Assembly (NCBI GenBank): GCA_036405895.1
Contig: DASWWS010000002.1
Span: 20,903-84,902 of the forward strand
Reading direction: 5' to 3'
Length of the DNA stretch: 64,000 nucleotides
Origin: Minisyncoccota bacterium
Lineage (GTDB): Bacteria > Patescibacteriota > Minisyncoccia > Phycocordibacterales > UBA9973
The translations under genes were made by a program, and so were the position numbers. Shown here one piece after another: positions 21,401 to 31,353 of the stretch. The notes under the pieces were generated by a model, which saw only the letters and a list, made by a program, of their open reading frames with translations, was not told where the DNA came from and did no database searches. Numbering within the stretch: position 1 is the first letter of the stretch; every line of letters begins with the position of its first letter.

Positions 21401-21622
21401 AACGAGGTGGAATGAGACGAAGTCCAATTGGAACTTCTTTGTAGAGTAGTCGAGGATCGGGGTGAATTCTTTAAAAACATCCTTCAACCCTTTTTCAATC
21501 AACATATTGAACGAGTCAATCTGATGCTGAATCAGGTTAGGAAATGGTGCAAGTGGTTCTTTGTATTTCGAAAAGTACTTTTTCGGCCGCGCTCCCGCTA
21601 CAGCCTGTTTTGTTTTACTCAT
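18407..21622 (-). CDS. rpoB: RNA polymerase beta subunit
   Basis: [36 protein letters not shown]. Confidence 0.99.
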   Translation of the reverse strand: MSKTKQAVAGARPKKYFSKYKEPLAPFPNLIQHQIDSFNMLIEKGLKDVFKEFTPILDYSTKKFQLDFVSFHLVEPKFDEHYAKENKLSLETQLKARVRLTNKQTGTDKEQEIFMADIPVMTGHGTFIINGVERSIIPQLSRSSGVFFTELEVKGKRFFGAKIIPNRGVWIEIESDPDGTVYVRIDKKRKFPITSLLRAMGLNEDAEIKKHFKNEASLKMIEHSLEKDPAKTTDEALVEIYRKLRDGDLATADNAREFVNNLFSEERYDLSSVGRFRFNNRFELDSSAKEMERKTLSASDICHIIDHIVKLNTTPGSHADDIDDLASRRVRFVGEMLQQKIFVGLTQIKRNVQDRMSTIDSANALPIQVVNQRPLQARIKEFFTTNQLSQFMLQENVLSELEELRTLSALGPGGLSRERATLEVRDVHPSHYGRVCPIHTPEGPNIGLILRLAIYARVNEFGIIETPYVRVKDGKITGEIAYLNAAEEEKCIIAHAGNKYDDKGNLEERVEARIHRSPGIVAKKEVNFIDVAPNQAFSLATSMVPFLEHNDANRALMGSNMQKQAVPLIRPEAPFVATGVEESAAPYSGRLVIAEEAGEVIAVDASKVVIRNEKNKDHTYNLVSFQRNNNFGAFHQRPVVSPGAKVKKGDLLADTSTTDRGQISLGHNMMVAFMSWNGANFEDAIILSERLVKDSKFTSMYIAEFVSVVRDTKLGPEITTRDIPNVGEGRLKDLDEDGIIRVGAEVKEGDILVGKITPKGETELTPEERLLRSIFAEKARDVKDTSLKMDHGKRGRIIRVKVFSRDQGHTLESGVIKKIVIEVAQLRNISVGDKLAGRHGNKGVISVILPEEDMPYTADGRPVDVVLTPLGVPSRMNLGQILELHLGMAAAELGYQAIVPPFAGATDAEIKEELVKAGLPSNGRIPLFDGRTGDKFESDIAVGYMYILKLHHMVEDKIHMRSIGPYSLITQQPLGGKAQGGGQRFGEMEVWALEGYGASHTLREMLTIKSDDIRGRAATFDSIIKNEPIGEPNVPASFSVMLNYLRGLSLDVELVQSKPLVVEADSEEVEA

Positions 21623-21757
21623 GCAGTATAATTTTTAACTAAAACGCAAAAATGCCGCATCGATTCTTTTAGTGAACCGATGGGCGTACGTGTAATCTCA
21701 CCTAATAATCTACAATATCTCTTTAGCCGCAACCATTCCGTAGTCAGTAGTGGAAAC

Positions 21758-21785
21758 AGTATATAGCACAACGTTTATTTGTCAA
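21758..21785 (-). promoter_or_regulatory. sigma70 promoter for rpoB
   Basis: TTGACA-16nt-TATACT on the minus strand, about 135 nt upstream of rpoB. Confidence 0.65.
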
Positions 21786-21796
21786 TCAGGGATAAG

Positions 21797-21820
21797 AAAA
21801 AGCCTCCGGGGAGGCTTTTT
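21797..21820. terminator. Intrinsic terminator
   Basis: AAAAAGCCTCC-GG-GGAGGCTTTTT. Confidence 0.8.
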
Positions 21821-21842
21821 ATAAGAAGTACGGCTTTCTAGA

Positions 21843-22073
21843 CTAGGCTGAGGCAGTTTTGCGTGGCTTCATAAGGCTCAATAGTGCAATACCTGCTTTT
21901 TTAACAGAAAAGCCCAATACCATACTGAGAATTCCAATCATTCCTGCAAGTGCAACCGAGCTTGGCTCTACAGGCAGGATTTCTGCTGTAATAAGGTTTG
22001 TCTTTACAGAGAATTCTGCAATAACGCCAACAAACATGACAATACCTGAAAGGATTGCTACGAACTTTTTCAT
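21843..22073 (-). CDS. Hypothetical two-TM small protein (orphan)
   Basis: Hydrophobic 76-aa ORF with own TTGACA-17-TATTAT promoter (22148-22120) and a downstream terminator. Confidence 0.6.
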   Translation of the reverse strand: MKKFVAILSGIVMFVGVIAEFSVKTNLITAEILPVEPSSVALAGMIGILSMVLGFSVKKAGIALLSLMKPRKTASA

Positions 22074-22166
22074 AATGAGCTATTTTTAAGGTTTAAATGA
22101 TACAAATGAATTCTTTTATATAATACTACATATTATATAAAATGTCAAGAGCTTTTACCCCTTATA

Positions 22167-22865
22167 TTACTTGCCCGTTTTCTGATTCGTGCGCCATTCC
22201 TCTATCTTTTTATGGTCTCCGCTAATAAGGACTGGTGGCACGATATGCTTCTTTGCCTTCACCGCAGGCAAGGTTTTAGTCGCCTTTTTCGCCTTGGGCC
22301 ACTCCAAAATTTCAGGGCGCGTAAACACGCGTGGGCTTGCAGCGCGCGATTCTTCCAATGACTCCCCTTTCCCCAATACTCCCGGAATTTGGCGCACAAT
22401 TGCGTCTGTCATCACGAGTGCCGGCAGTTCCCCGCCAGTGAGCACAAAGTCCCCAATCGAGACTTCTTCTGCTTTCAAAATGCTTCGCACGCGGTCATCC
22501 ACCCCTTCGTATCGCCCACAGATAAACACAATGTCGCTGTACTGCTTTGCAAGCTTTGCTGCCATGGCGTTGGTAAACATTTCCCCTGTCGGCGAGAGCA
22601 TCACTACTTTTACTTTCCCCTTTGTCTTTTCACCTTTCATTTTGAGTTTTGAATATGCGCGCAAAATAGGCTCAGGTGTCATCACCATGCCCGGGCCGCC
22701 GCCATAGGGGCGCTCATCGGTCTTGCCATGCTTGTCCAATGTATAGTCGCGGATATTGAGGACTGCAAAAGAAGCGAGCTTCTTTTCAGCAGCGCGCTTG
22801 AGCATTGCTTCCGTAAAATAGCTTTGCACCATTTCCGGGAAAATTGTCAGAAAGTGAAATTTCAT
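22167..22865 (-). CDS. trmD: tRNA (guanine37-N1)-methyltransferase
   Basis: PYGGGPGMVM, CGRYEGVDDR, SIGDFVLTGGE. Confidence 0.97.
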   Translation of the reverse strand: MKFHFLTIFPEMVQSYFTEAMLKRAAEKKLASFAVLNIRDYTLDKHGKTDERPYGGGPGMVMTPEPILRAYSKLKMKGEKTKGKVKVVMLSPTGEMFTNAMAAKLAKQYSDIVFICGRYEGVDDRVRSILKAEEVSIGDFVLTGGELPALVMTDAIVRQIPGVLGKGESLEESRAASPRVFTRPEILEWPKAKKATKTLPAVKAKKHIVPPVLISGDHKKIEEWRTNQKTGK

Positions 22866-23171
22866 TTAGAGATCCTTAAGGTCGGCCATTGCGTCGTCGA
22901 GGTTGGCAACGTCTGCCTGGCCTTTGTAGCCAGCCGGCTCGTTGATTTTCAGGTTCACGCGGGCATTGTTCTTCATGCCCACCACGCGAAGGAGGGTGCG
23001 GATAGCTTTTGCAGTATTGCCGGCGCGCCCAATAATCTTACCCATATCGGACTGGGCAATAGAGAGCGTAAGGAGGACGCCCATCTCATCAACGGAGCGG
23101 TCTATCTTTACTTCATCAGGATTATCAACAAGGGCTTTTACGAGCATTTCGAGGAATTCTTTGTCAGACAT
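22866..23171 (-). CDS. khpA: KH-domain RNA-binding protein KhpA/YlqC
   Basis: LVDNPD, DMGKIIGRAGNTAKAIRTLL; between rpsP and trmD. Confidence 0.9.
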   Translation of the reverse strand: MSDKEFLEMLVKALVDNPDEVKIDRSVDEMGVLLTLSIAQSDMGKIIGRAGNTAKAIRTLLRVVGMKNNARVNLKINEPAGYKGQADVANLDDAMADLKDL

Positions 23172-23230
23172 AGGGATGCACTCATTTACTGTTAACTGTG
23201 TAATAGTATAGCAGATGCTATAGCGGGTAT

Positions 23231-23262
23231 AAAAAAGTCCTCATTATTCTGAGGACATTTTT
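23231..23262 (-). terminator. Intrinsic terminator after rpsP
   Basis: GTCCTCA/TGAGGAC stem with flanking A and T tracts. Confidence 0.6.
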
Positions 23263-23570
23263 TATTTCTTCTTTGGAGCGTCTTTGCGCTTTACGGTCGG
23301 AGACTTTTTTGAAAGCACGTTCTTCTTGCGGCCTTCAACGATTCCTTCCTTTACGAGCATGTTGTATGCCGTGTCAGAAACCTGTGCACCGTTCTTCATC
23401 CAGTGCGAGATGCGGTCAGCCTTCAGCGCTACGAGGTTGCTCTTAACAGTGTATGAGCCAAGAATTTCAAGGAAGCTCCCGCTCTGGGCTGCGTTTTTAG
23501 AGTCGGTCACTACCATACGGAATGCCGGTTCGTTTTTTCGTCCAATTCTCTGGAGGCGGATCTTTAACAT
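23262..23570 (-). CDS. rpsP: 30S ribosomal protein S16
   Basis: MLKIRLQRIGRKNEP, EILGSY, GAQVSDT. Confidence 0.97.
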   Translation of the reverse strand: MLKIRLQRIGRKNEPAFRMVVTDSKNAAQSGSFLEILGSYTVKSNLVALKADRISHWMKNGAQVSDTAYNMLVKEGIVEGRKKNVLSKKSPTVKRKDAPKKK

Positions 23571-23643
23571 GTAGGGGTCATGGTAGCAGACAAAAGAAAA
23601 AACGTCAAACGGGCAATAGCCAATCTGACGTTCAATGGAGCAG

Positions 23644-24003
23644 TCACACTTCTGCTTCTGCGAGCTCTTTCTCCTTTACAGAGGGATTTTCATGCACCGT
23701 CTCAGTAAAATACTTTGAAATAAGCGATTTTGCCCTATCTTTTCCTTCCTTTTGCCATCCTTTCTTATTTTCAAGCGTATTGATTGTTTTCTCCAATGAA
23801 ACGCTCTGGGGGATAAGAAATTCTCCGTATACAGGAGTATTCGAATTGATTCCCTCAGTTTCTTCAGGGTTGTTTTTGCAAACCCATGCACAACCTACAG
23901 CAAGAAAGTTTTTTCCTGGCTCCGGTCTCCATTCAAGAAACGATTCGTTTGAAAAAATGTTATCCCCTACTTTGAGGATAAAAACAATGTCTGTTTTTTC
24001 CAT
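23644..24003 (-). CDS. Hypothetical AT-rich orphan protein
   Basis: ORF with TTGACT-16-TATTAT promoter (24059-24032), which favours ATG 24003. Confidence 0.5.
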   Translation of the reverse strand: MEKTDIVFILKVGDNIFSNESFLEWRPEPGKNFLAVGCAWVCKNNPEETEGINSNTPVYGEFLIPQSVSLEKTINTLENKKGWQKEGKDRAKSLISKYFTETVHENPSVKEKELAEAEV

Positions 24004-24102
24004 TATTTTTCTATTAATTTTGTTTTGCATAATAATACTACGTAAGCAAAAATAGTCAATAGATTTCTCGCCTTCACAGCTTTGCTGTGGTACAGTATTC
24101 GA

Positions 24103-26058
24103 ATGCAAAACTCACCTACTGTTCACTCTCTTGCCGCAGGCAGCCAATTCGAAGGCCCAATTAATATTTCGACGAAAGGAGTCGGCTATGTAAAAGTCCG
24201 CGACCTCGGCCTTACTATAGAAGTGCCGCGCGAGGCGCTGAACCGCGCATTCCACTACGACACCGTCAAAGTTGAAGTTACCTCCCTTCCTACCCCCAAC
24301 AGCACAAGTCCCAACCCGCAAGGAAAAGTGCTCGACATCGTCAAGCGCGCAAAGGTGGGCTATTCCGGGACCCTTTCATTTGAAAACGGCAATCACTGCA
24401 TCGTCACCAACGACGGCCGCATGTACACCGCTATTACTATCCCTGGCGACAAGCTCGGAGGCGCCGCACAAGGCGACAAAGTATTCTGCCGCATCAGCGA
24501 CTGGCCCAACCCGCAAGGCGAGCCAACGGGCGAGATCACCCGCGTATTAGGAAAGCCGCTTGAGAACAATGCAGAGATGCTCTCTCTTGCGCTTGAGAAG
24601 GGCTTTAGCGACGACTACCCAGAAGCGGTATTGAAAGAAGCGCATGATATTGCCGACCACGGAATCACCGAAGAAGAAAAAGCTTCCCGCCGCGATTTCC
24701 GCGACACTGTCACCTTCACCATCGACCCTGAAGATGCAAAAGACTTCGACGATGCCATTTCGGTAAAGTTCCTTGAAGATGGCAATACCGAAATCGGCAT
24801 TCACATTGCAGATGTATCGCACTATGTGCGCCCTGGCACGGCAATTGATAAAGAAGCATCCGACCGTGCAACAAGTGTGTACCTCGTCGACCGCACTATC
24901 CCTATGCTCCCGGAAGTCCTTTCAAACAATCTCTGTAGCTTGATGCCAAATGTCGACCGTCTCACCTTCTCGGCTGTATTCGTATTTCGGCCCAACATGG
25001 AAATCGTGAGCGAATGGTTTGGAAAAACAGTAATCCACAGTGCCCACCGCTATAGTTATGAAAGCGCGCAGAAAGTTTTGGATGATAAAGAAGGACCGTA
25101 CCTCAAAGAGCTCGAAGCTTCTCTTGCAGTGGCGCAATTTCTCGAACGAGAGCGCTTTGTCAACGGTGCAATTTCGCTTGAAACAACAGAAGTAAAATTC
25201 AAGCTCGATGAAATGGGTGTTCCTATCGGCGTCTACACCAAAGAGCGCGGCCCAACGCACCACATGATTGAAGAATTGATGTTGCTTGCCAACCGCAAGG
25301 TTGCAGAGTTTGTTGCGACCCGCGACAAGCACGCCGACGAAATATTCGTCTACCGCATCCATGATACGCCGGACCCTGAGCGCGCAGAAACGCTGATGCT
25401 CTTTTTGAAACGCCTTGGGTACAAGCTCACCGCAGACGAGCACGGAGTTATTCCTTCAAAACAGCTCAATGAGCTCGTGCTTTCATTGGAGGGCAAGCCT
25501 GAGCGCGAAACAATCCAGACAGCAATCGTGCGAAGCATGGCAAAGGCTATTTACTCTACAAAAAATATCGGCCACTACGGCTTGGCATTTGAATACTACA
25601 CGCACTTCACCTCTCCTATCCGCCGCTACCCCGACCTTATGGTGCACCGCCTTATACACGAGTACCTCCAAAACAACACCATTTCAAAAGACACCTGGGA
25701 CTATTATGAGAAAATGTCCGGGCACTCTTCAATGCGCGAAAAGGAAGCGTCAGATGCAGAGCGCGCAAGTATTAAGTACAAGCAGACCGAGTACATGTCT
25801 ACCCGAATTGGGCAGATGTTTGACGGTACTGTCACCGGCGTATCGCAAAACGGCATGTTCGTGGAAGAAAAGCTCACCAAGTGTGAAGGCATGGTGCGCA
25901 TGCGCGATATCGGCAACGACTACTTCGAATATTCCGAACGCGAGCTCGCCCTCATCGGCCGCAAGAGCAAAAAAGAATACCGCATCGGAGACTCTGTCCG
26001 CTTCCGCGTTGTTTCGACCGACCTTGCAAAGCGTCTTATCGACTACGCATTAGTATAA
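24103..26058 (+). CDS. rnr: Ribonuclease R
   Basis: TIDPEDAKDFDDA, HIADVSHYV, YTHFTSPIRRYPDL, C-terminal S1 domain. Confidence 0.95.
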   Translation: MQNSPTVHSLAAGSQFEGPINISTKGVGYVKVRDLGLTIEVPREALNRAFHYDTVKVEVTSLPTPNSTSPNPQGKVLDIVKRAKVGYSGTLSFENGNHCIVTNDGRMYTAITIPGDKLGGAAQGDKVFCRISDWPNPQGEPTGEITRVLGKPLENNAEMLSLALEKGFSDDYPEAVLKEAHDIADHGITEEEKASRRDFRDTVTFTIDPEDAKDFDDAISVKFLEDGNTEIGIHIADVSHYVRPGTAIDKEASDRATSVYLVDRTIPMLPEVLSNNLCSLMPNVDRLTFSAVFVFRPNMEIVSEWFGKTVIHSAHRYSYESAQKVLDDKEGPYLKELEASLAVAQFLERERFVNGAISLETTEVKFKLDEMGVPIGVYTKERGPTHHMIEELMLLANRKVAEFVATRDKHADEIFVYRIHDTPDPERAETLMLFLKRLGYKLTADEHGVIPSKQLNELVLSLEGKPERETIQTAIVRSMAKAIYSTKNIGHYGLAFEYYTHFTSPIRRYPDLMVHRLIHEYLQNNTISKDTWDYYEKMSGHSSMREKEASDAERASIKYKQTEYMSTRIGQMFDGTVTGVSQNGMFVEEKLTKCEGMVRMRDIGNDYFEYSERELALIGRKSKKEYRIGDSVRFRVVSTDLAKRLIDYALV

Positions 26059-26067
26059 TTTGAAATA

Positions 26068-27078
26068 ATGTTCTGGCGTCTCCTTTTAGTTGTTATAGCT
26101 CTTGGAGTGAGCACGATTGTGTTTTCTTTTGCGTACCCGCTGACGCCCGGCACTGGTATGCGCAGCAAACTTACCCAACAAGAATTTCCCAATGACATTA
26201 TAGTGGGGTGGGTTGGCGACATGGTGCCAAGCCGGGACAGTACGTACAACCATGCAGTGCTTTCTTTTGTCGCACCGGCGCTCGTTGCGCCTGACCTCAT
26301 GATCGGCAACCTCGAAGGCACCTTTGCCGCTGAGAACCGATCAAGCAAGTGCATCTACCTCCTGAACCGCTGCCATGCATTTCGCGGAGACGCGTCATTT
26401 GCGGAAGGATTGAAAACTGCGGGCTTTGATTTTGTAAGTCTTGTGAACAACCACTCATACGACTACGGCGAGATGGGGCTTGCCGATACTACTGCTGTCC
26501 TTGATGCCGCTGGCATCCCCTATGTCGCACCAAACAAGCCCTTTACTAGTATTACAGTGAAAGGAAAGCGTATTGGCATCCTCGGCCTTTCCAGCACCGA
26601 GCCAACGCGCACCATCACCGACTATGATTTTATAAAAAATACCGTTGCAAAACTAAAGCAAGAAAATGATTTCGTCATCGTCATCTTCCACGGAGGAAAC
26701 GAAGGGTCTGACAAAACAGCGGTACCGGGTGTGAACGAATACATGGGTACTGAAGACCGCGGCAACGTCCAGCTGGTGGCATACACTGCAATTGATGCAG
26801 GTGCAGACCTCGTGCTTGGCTCAGGCCCGCATGTCTTGCGCAAAATAGAAACATATAAGGGCAAGAAAATTGCGTACTCGCTTGGCAACTTTGTCGGCGG
26901 CAACGGAAGCCTTGTCACCAGTGGCACGCTTGGCCTCTCCGGCATTTTCACTTCCACACTCTCGTACGACCACAGCCCCGACCCAACATTCACCTCCGTC
27001 ATCCTCACCAAAAACGGCACACCGACACTCGACCCATTGAACCGCGGCAAAGACCTCATTGAGCAATTGTCGCAATAG
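26068..27078 (+). CDS. CapA/PgsA-family metallophosphoesterase
   Basis: VGD, GNLEG, NNHSYDYG, FHGG, GSGPHVL, YSLGNF. Confidence 0.9.
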   Translation: MFWRLLLVVIALGVSTIVFSFAYPLTPGTGMRSKLTQQEFPNDIIVGWVGDMVPSRDSTYNHAVLSFVAPALVAPDLMIGNLEGTFAAENRSSKCIYLLNRCHAFRGDASFAEGLKTAGFDFVSLVNNHSYDYGEMGLADTTAVLDAAGIPYVAPNKPFTSITVKGKRIGILGLSSTEPTRTITDYDFIKNTVAKLKQENDFVIVIFHGGNEGSDKTAVPGVNEYMGTEDRGNVQLVAYTAIDAGADLVLGSGPHVLRKIETYKGKKIAYSLGNFVGGNGSLVTSGTLGLSGIFTSTLSYDHSPDPTFTSVILTKNGTPTLDPLNRGKDLIEQLSQ

Positions 27079-27079
27079 A

Positions 27080-27107
27080 AAAAGCCGTATCAATTGATAC
27101 GGCTTTT
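27080..27107. terminator. Bidirectional terminator (perfect 28-bp palindrome)
   Basis: AAAAGCCGTATCAA|TTGATACGGCTTTT between convergent genes. Confidence 0.8.
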
Positions 27108-27112
27108 ATTTG

Positions 27113-27523
27113 CTATCGCGGGCACAGCAGGCGTTGCCATTCCTCGGGTGAAATGCCCGGCCGTCTGATGCGCCGAGAGGAGTACACAGGGTATGAGCTT
27201 CTTGTTACAGCCCTCCTTGAAACAGTTGCTGTCCGGGGGCGATTTCTGCTTTGTTCAAGCAATAGCGCAAGCGAGTCGCGCTCCATATAAAGCCGCGTCA
27301 CTTCTGCTCGAGCATAGGCAAGCGCTTCTTTAAGCTCCTCAACTTCCCTATTTCGATTTTTGGGAATGGTGATTTCAACAAGCGGCTTTTTTATCTTTGC
27401 CACCGTCGGCTCCGAAAGCTCTCGCTTGCGAACGCCCCAGTACCATACTCCCCATACAATTACTGCTGCTAGTGCGAGCAGTGCAATAAACTTCAAAAAT
27501 CCTTTTGCTGATCCGTTTGCCAT
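27113..27523 (-). CDS. Hypothetical protein: TM anchor, coiled coil, Arg-rich tail
   Basis: ORF ends at the terminator; TTGACT promoter upstream. Confidence 0.6.
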   Translation of the reverse strand: MANGSAKGFLKFIALLALAAVIVWGVWYWGVRKRELSEPTVAKIKKPLVEITIPKNRNREVEELKEALAYARAEVTRLYMERDSLALLLEQSRNRPRTATVSRRAVTRSSYPVYSSRRIRRPGISPEEWQRLLCPR

Positions 27524-27760
27524 ATTCAGTTGTATTAAGTGAACGATTGCTTCTTGGCGGTATAATGCCGATATCTATCCCCGAAGTCAATAAAAATAGT
27601 CGTACCACCACTTGGGTGATACGACCGGTTTTCTCTCGCCTGTCGGCAAGAAAAATGGGCAGATTAGCTTTTTTCTGATGCGAGCTGTCTCATAGCGTAT
27701 TTCCCTCAGTGTACTCCTCTGTCACTAAAGTGCAAATAAAAAAAATAAACTAGATATGTC

Positions 27761-28282
27761 TTACATTGACGGCAGACCAAGACGATTTAATGTAATTCCT
27801 TCAAATTCATAATCGCACTCAACTTCTTTAATATAAGCGAGTACGTCTTTATATGCGGGAGCTTGGAACCATTCACTTAGGATATAAATATATTCAACTT
27901 GAACACCGAGTGCATTTAAAAGTTTTTCATACTGTCGTTTCTTAAAATGACAAGTTTGTAATTTCTCATCTACTGATCCAGCAACATTCTGGAACTTAAT
28001 TTCAATCACAAAAAATGTATTTGTATTTAATACTAAAATAGCATCATCAGGAAGAAGTTTTTTGGAGAGAATTTCCCTATGATTTATACCTTTTCTTTCA
28101 AGAAATTTATATAAGGTGTTTTTTCGAAGATTAAGAGCAACTACTTCTCCATTAAATAAAATAGAGCCATCATCCTTAACCTCATAACCCGGCATCGTCT
28201 TAAGAACAGTAAGAAAATCAACCCTACCTTCAAAATGCATTCCAGATTTTGTATTTCCGCCCCCAACACCACCAAGCTTCAT
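27761..28282 (-). CDS. PD-(D/E)XK nuclease, putative restriction endonuclease
   Basis: LLPDDAI...VIEIKFQNVAGSVDEKLQT; adjacent to two methyltransferases. Confidence 0.75.
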   Translation of the reverse strand: MKLGGVGGGNTKSGMHFEGRVDFLTVLKTMPGYEVKDDGSILFNGEVVALNLRKNTLYKFLERKGINHREILSKKLLPDDAILVLNTNTFFVIEIKFQNVAGSVDEKLQTCHFKKRQYEKLLNALGVQVEYIYILSEWFQAPAYKDVLAYIKEVECDYEFEGITLNRLGLPSM

Positions 28283-28367
28283 ATCGATCAGATTACCATT
28301 TAAGGCTTCTCTGTCAATAAATTCACTTACCTAGGAATCTAAGGGTGCAACTGATAAAATCATGTTT

Positions 28368-29210
28368 ATGAAAGTGACGAGAAAAGTAAAGCCATTTCTT
28401 AAATGGGTTGGGGGCAAGGGCCAATTACTGGAGCAATTCGAAAATATTTATCCAAAGAAATTCAATACATATTACGAACCTTTTATTGGTGGGGGTGCTG
28501 TTTTCTTTTCTATTAACCCTAAGAAGGGTGTTATTAATGACATTAATCAAACTCTAGTTAATACATACAAGAATATTAAAAATCAGCCCGAAAAGTTAAT
28601 CAGGTCCCTTAAAAAAATTGAGAAAGATTTTATAGCTAAAAATGAGGATGATCGTAAGGAGTATTATTATTTAATTCGAGATAAATATAATCGGCTTTCT
28701 TCTGAAGATTTCAACCGTAGCGTCTACTTTCTATTTTTAAATAAGACAGCCTTTAATGGTGTGTACCGAGAAAATTCAAAAGGAGGTTTTAACGTGCCGA
28801 TAGGCAGCTATAAAAATCCTAAAATTGTTGATGAAGAAAATATATTAGCAATCTCAAACACATTAAAGAATACGAAAATTACGTGCTCCTCTTTTGTTGA
28901 TGCGGTAAAAAATGCAAAGTCAGGAGATTTTGTATATTTTGATCCCCCCTATTACCCCTTATCTAAAACTTCGCAATTCACTAGCTATAGTAAAGATTCA
29001 TTTTCAGAAGAAGATCAAATTAAACTTCGCGATCTATTTGTTCAGTTAGATAAAAAAGGTGTTTACGTGATGCTCAGTAATTCAAGCGCCTCTTTTATAA
29101 AGAAAATCTATGCTGGATATACCCAAATCCCTGTATATGCTAATCGCATGATTAATTCAAAGTCAGATAGGCGAGGAAAGATATCAGAAGTAGTTATTAT
29201 TAATTATTAA
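28368..29210 (+). CDS. dam: Dam/DpnM-family DNA adenine methyltransferase (alpha class)
   Basis: KPFLKWVGGK, EPFIGGGAVFF, FNGVYREN..GGFNVPIG, YFDPPY. Confidence 0.92.
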   Translation: MKVTRKVKPFLKWVGGKGQLLEQFENIYPKKFNTYYEPFIGGGAVFFSINPKKGVINDINQTLVNTYKNIKNQPEKLIRSLKKIEKDFIAKNEDDRKEYYYLIRDKYNRLSSEDFNRSVYFLFLNKTAFNGVYRENSKGGFNVPIGSYKNPKIVDEENILAISNTLKNTKITCSSFVDAVKNAKSGDFVYFDPPYYPLSKTSQFTSYSKDSFSEEDQIKLRDLFVQLDKKGVYVMLSNSSASFIKKIYAGYTQIPVYANRMINSKSDRRGKISEVVIINY

Positions 29211-30021
29211 GTTTTATAAGATCTTCAAAACGTTTTCGAGAAAGTTCTAGATATTTTTTCTCCATATCAATACCAATAAATTTCCTTCCATGTTTTTTTG
29301 CAGCAATCCCAGTTGTTGAGCTTCCTGTAAAAGGGTCAAGAACAACGTCCCCCTTATTTGTACTTGCTAATATAATCCTCTCTAAAAGAGATAATGGTTT
29401 TTGAGTTGGGTGTTTGGTAAATTTTTTTTCTTCTTTTTTAGGAGGATGAACTGCCCATACTGAACGCATTTGAAGATTAGGTTTTTTAATAAAATCTTCA
29501 GACCATTCGCCATTTTTCATCAAATCATAATTGAATATATGTTTTGCTTTTTTATCTTTGCGAGCCCATAAAATAGTTTCATGACTTGCAGTAAAAAACC
29601 TACAACTAAGATTAGGTGCTGCATTTGGTTTAAACCAAGATATGTCATTAAGCATATGAAATCCAATTGACTGGATAGCATGCCCACATTGATAAATAGA
29701 ATGATACGTACCACTAACCCAAATGGTGCCATGCGGCTTAAGAACACGATGGCATGCATTGAGCCATTTTTCGTGGAAGGCATAATCGCTGGCAAAACCC
29801 TTACTCTTATCCCATTCCCCCTTATTAACACTCACCATCTTTCCTGCATGGACTGTAAAACCATTATTTGAAAGCATATATGGAGGGTCAGCAAAAATCA
29901 TATCAATTGAATCTTCAGGGAGTGAATTCAAAAGTTCTACGCAGTCACTCAGGTAAAGAACGAAGTCTTTACCTGAGTAATGTGGCTTATTTTTAACATT
30001 TCTAAGTATTCTCTCAGGCAT
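29200..30021 (-). CDS. Beta-class N4/N6 DNA methyltransferase (DpnA-like)
   Basis: IFADPPY, VSVNKGEWD, PNLSCRFFTASHET, KHPTQKP, LDPFTGSSTTG. Confidence 0.9.
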   Translation of the reverse strand: MPERILRNVKNKPHYSGKDFVLYLSDCVELLNSLPEDSIDMIFADPPYMLSNNGFTVHAGKMVSVNKGEWDKSKGFASDYAFHEKWLNACHRVLKPHGTIWVSGTYHSIYQCGHAIQSIGFHMLNDISWFKPNAAPNLSCRFFTASHETILWARKDKKAKHIFNYDLMKNGEWSEDFIKKPNLQMRSVWAVHPPKKEEKKFTKHPTQKPLSLLERIILASTNKGDVVLDPFTGSSTTGIAAKKHGRKFIGIDMEKKYLELSRKRFEDLIKLNN

Positions 30022-30166
30022 TACGTATAGTTTAACTTATTAAAATGAACTTAACATAAAAAATTGTTAAATTATATATAAATTACCCATAAGATCCACA
30101 ATTTATACTAACCCGCACAGGACACAAAAGCCTCTTTAAGTAGAAGTTTTTGTTATAATAATAGAA

Positions 30167-31348
30167 GTGATTAGACTATTAAAAAACGATGACAAGCTTA
30201 TTTTAAGTTACTCTACAGATAATCCATGGTTTCGTGACCGACTACGAAATGGACAAGATATTTCTCTTAAAAAGAGAGCATTTATCCTATCAAAAAATGA
30301 TATTTCTAAACAAGATATTGATGATGATGGCGCTGATGTAGAATTTATTCTTGGAAATTTAATTGAGGGTCAATATTTTAAAATTGAAGGTAGAAAACTA
30401 GGGATTAATCAGGATGTGTACATAGACAAAAATGTAGAAATAACAGAAAGTTTCTTTCTTGGAGTAAGAGACATCCCCATATTTCAAAAAATTAGTAGGG
30501 TAGTAAATGAAGACATTTATATTGGAGGTAAACTAGAGGAGTCTATACCCCTGGAGGAATTTGAACAGTTACTTAAGAATTTTCCAAATTCCTATGAAAT
30601 TGCAAAATATCTGGACGCTCGTCTCGCTTCTGTATTAAGTAACTATTTCGATTCTTCATCAAATGTAGAAGCGAAATATCAGCGCTACATGAACAAAAAA
30701 CAAAGTATCAAAGGCGAGGATTTACCTGAACTTTTTAAAGAGAGAGAAATAGTCAAGTACGAAACAATTCTCGAAAAACTCGAACTGATGCTTTTAAATC
30801 AAAATAAATATAACGAAAAACAGTGGCAGAAAGAAATACTCGAAATAATTCTACTTTTGTATCCTAAATATATTTACGCATTTGAAGAAGCCCCTATTCG
30901 GGATCAGTATCAAAGTAAGGATAGAAAGATTGATTTCCTACTCATTGATGCTAACGGAAACACGGACATTATTGAAATCAAGCGACCATTAAACGAAAGG
31001 ATTATCACAAAAGGACGGTATCGTGATAATTACATACCACTAAGAGAGTTATCTGGAACAGTGATGCAGATTGAAAAGTATATATATCATCTTAATAAAT
31101 CTGGGCAGACTGGCGAGAATAGATTGACCACGAAGTATAAGAGTAAGCTACCTGCTGATTTCAAAATAAAGATTACCAATCCTGGTGGAATGATTATCAT
31201 GGGAAGAGACAATCTTCTTTCTCGTGATCAAATGGAAGATTTTGAAGTGGTAAAGAGAAAATACAAAAATGTAATTGATATCATTACCTATGACGATCTC
31301 ATAAGAAGACTGAAATCTATTATTACAGCTTGGAAAAATAGAGCTTAA
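30167..31348 (+). CDS. sduA: Shedu anti-phage nuclease (DUF4263)
   Basis: EKQWQ, IDFLL...IIEIKRP, ELSGTVMQIEKY (QxxxY), IIMGR, IITYDDL. Confidence 0.85.
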   Translation: MIRLLKNDDKLILSYSTDNPWFRDRLRNGQDISLKKRAFILSKNDISKQDIDDDGADVEFILGNLIEGQYFKIEGRKLGINQDVYIDKNVEITESFFLGVRDIPIFQKISRVVNEDIYIGGKLEESIPLEEFEQLLKNFPNSYEIAKYLDARLASVLSNYFDSSSNVEAKYQRYMNKKQSIKGEDLPELFKEREIVKYETILEKLELMLLNQNKYNEKQWQKEILEIILLLYPKYIYAFEEAPIRDQYQSKDRKIDFLLIDANGNTDIIEIKRPLNERIITKGRYRDNYIPLRELSGTVMQIEKYIYHLNKSGQTGENRLTTKYKSKLPADFKIKITNPGGMIIMGRDNLLSRDQMEDFEVVKRKYKNVIDIITYDDLIRRLKSIITAWKNRA

Positions 31349-31353
31349 ACTTA

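Noticed and set aside
14761-21622. Long antisense ORFs within rpoB/rpoC (also within groEL, rnj and crtB)
   Set aside because: Shadow frames of conserved genes with no recognisable motifs or initiation signals
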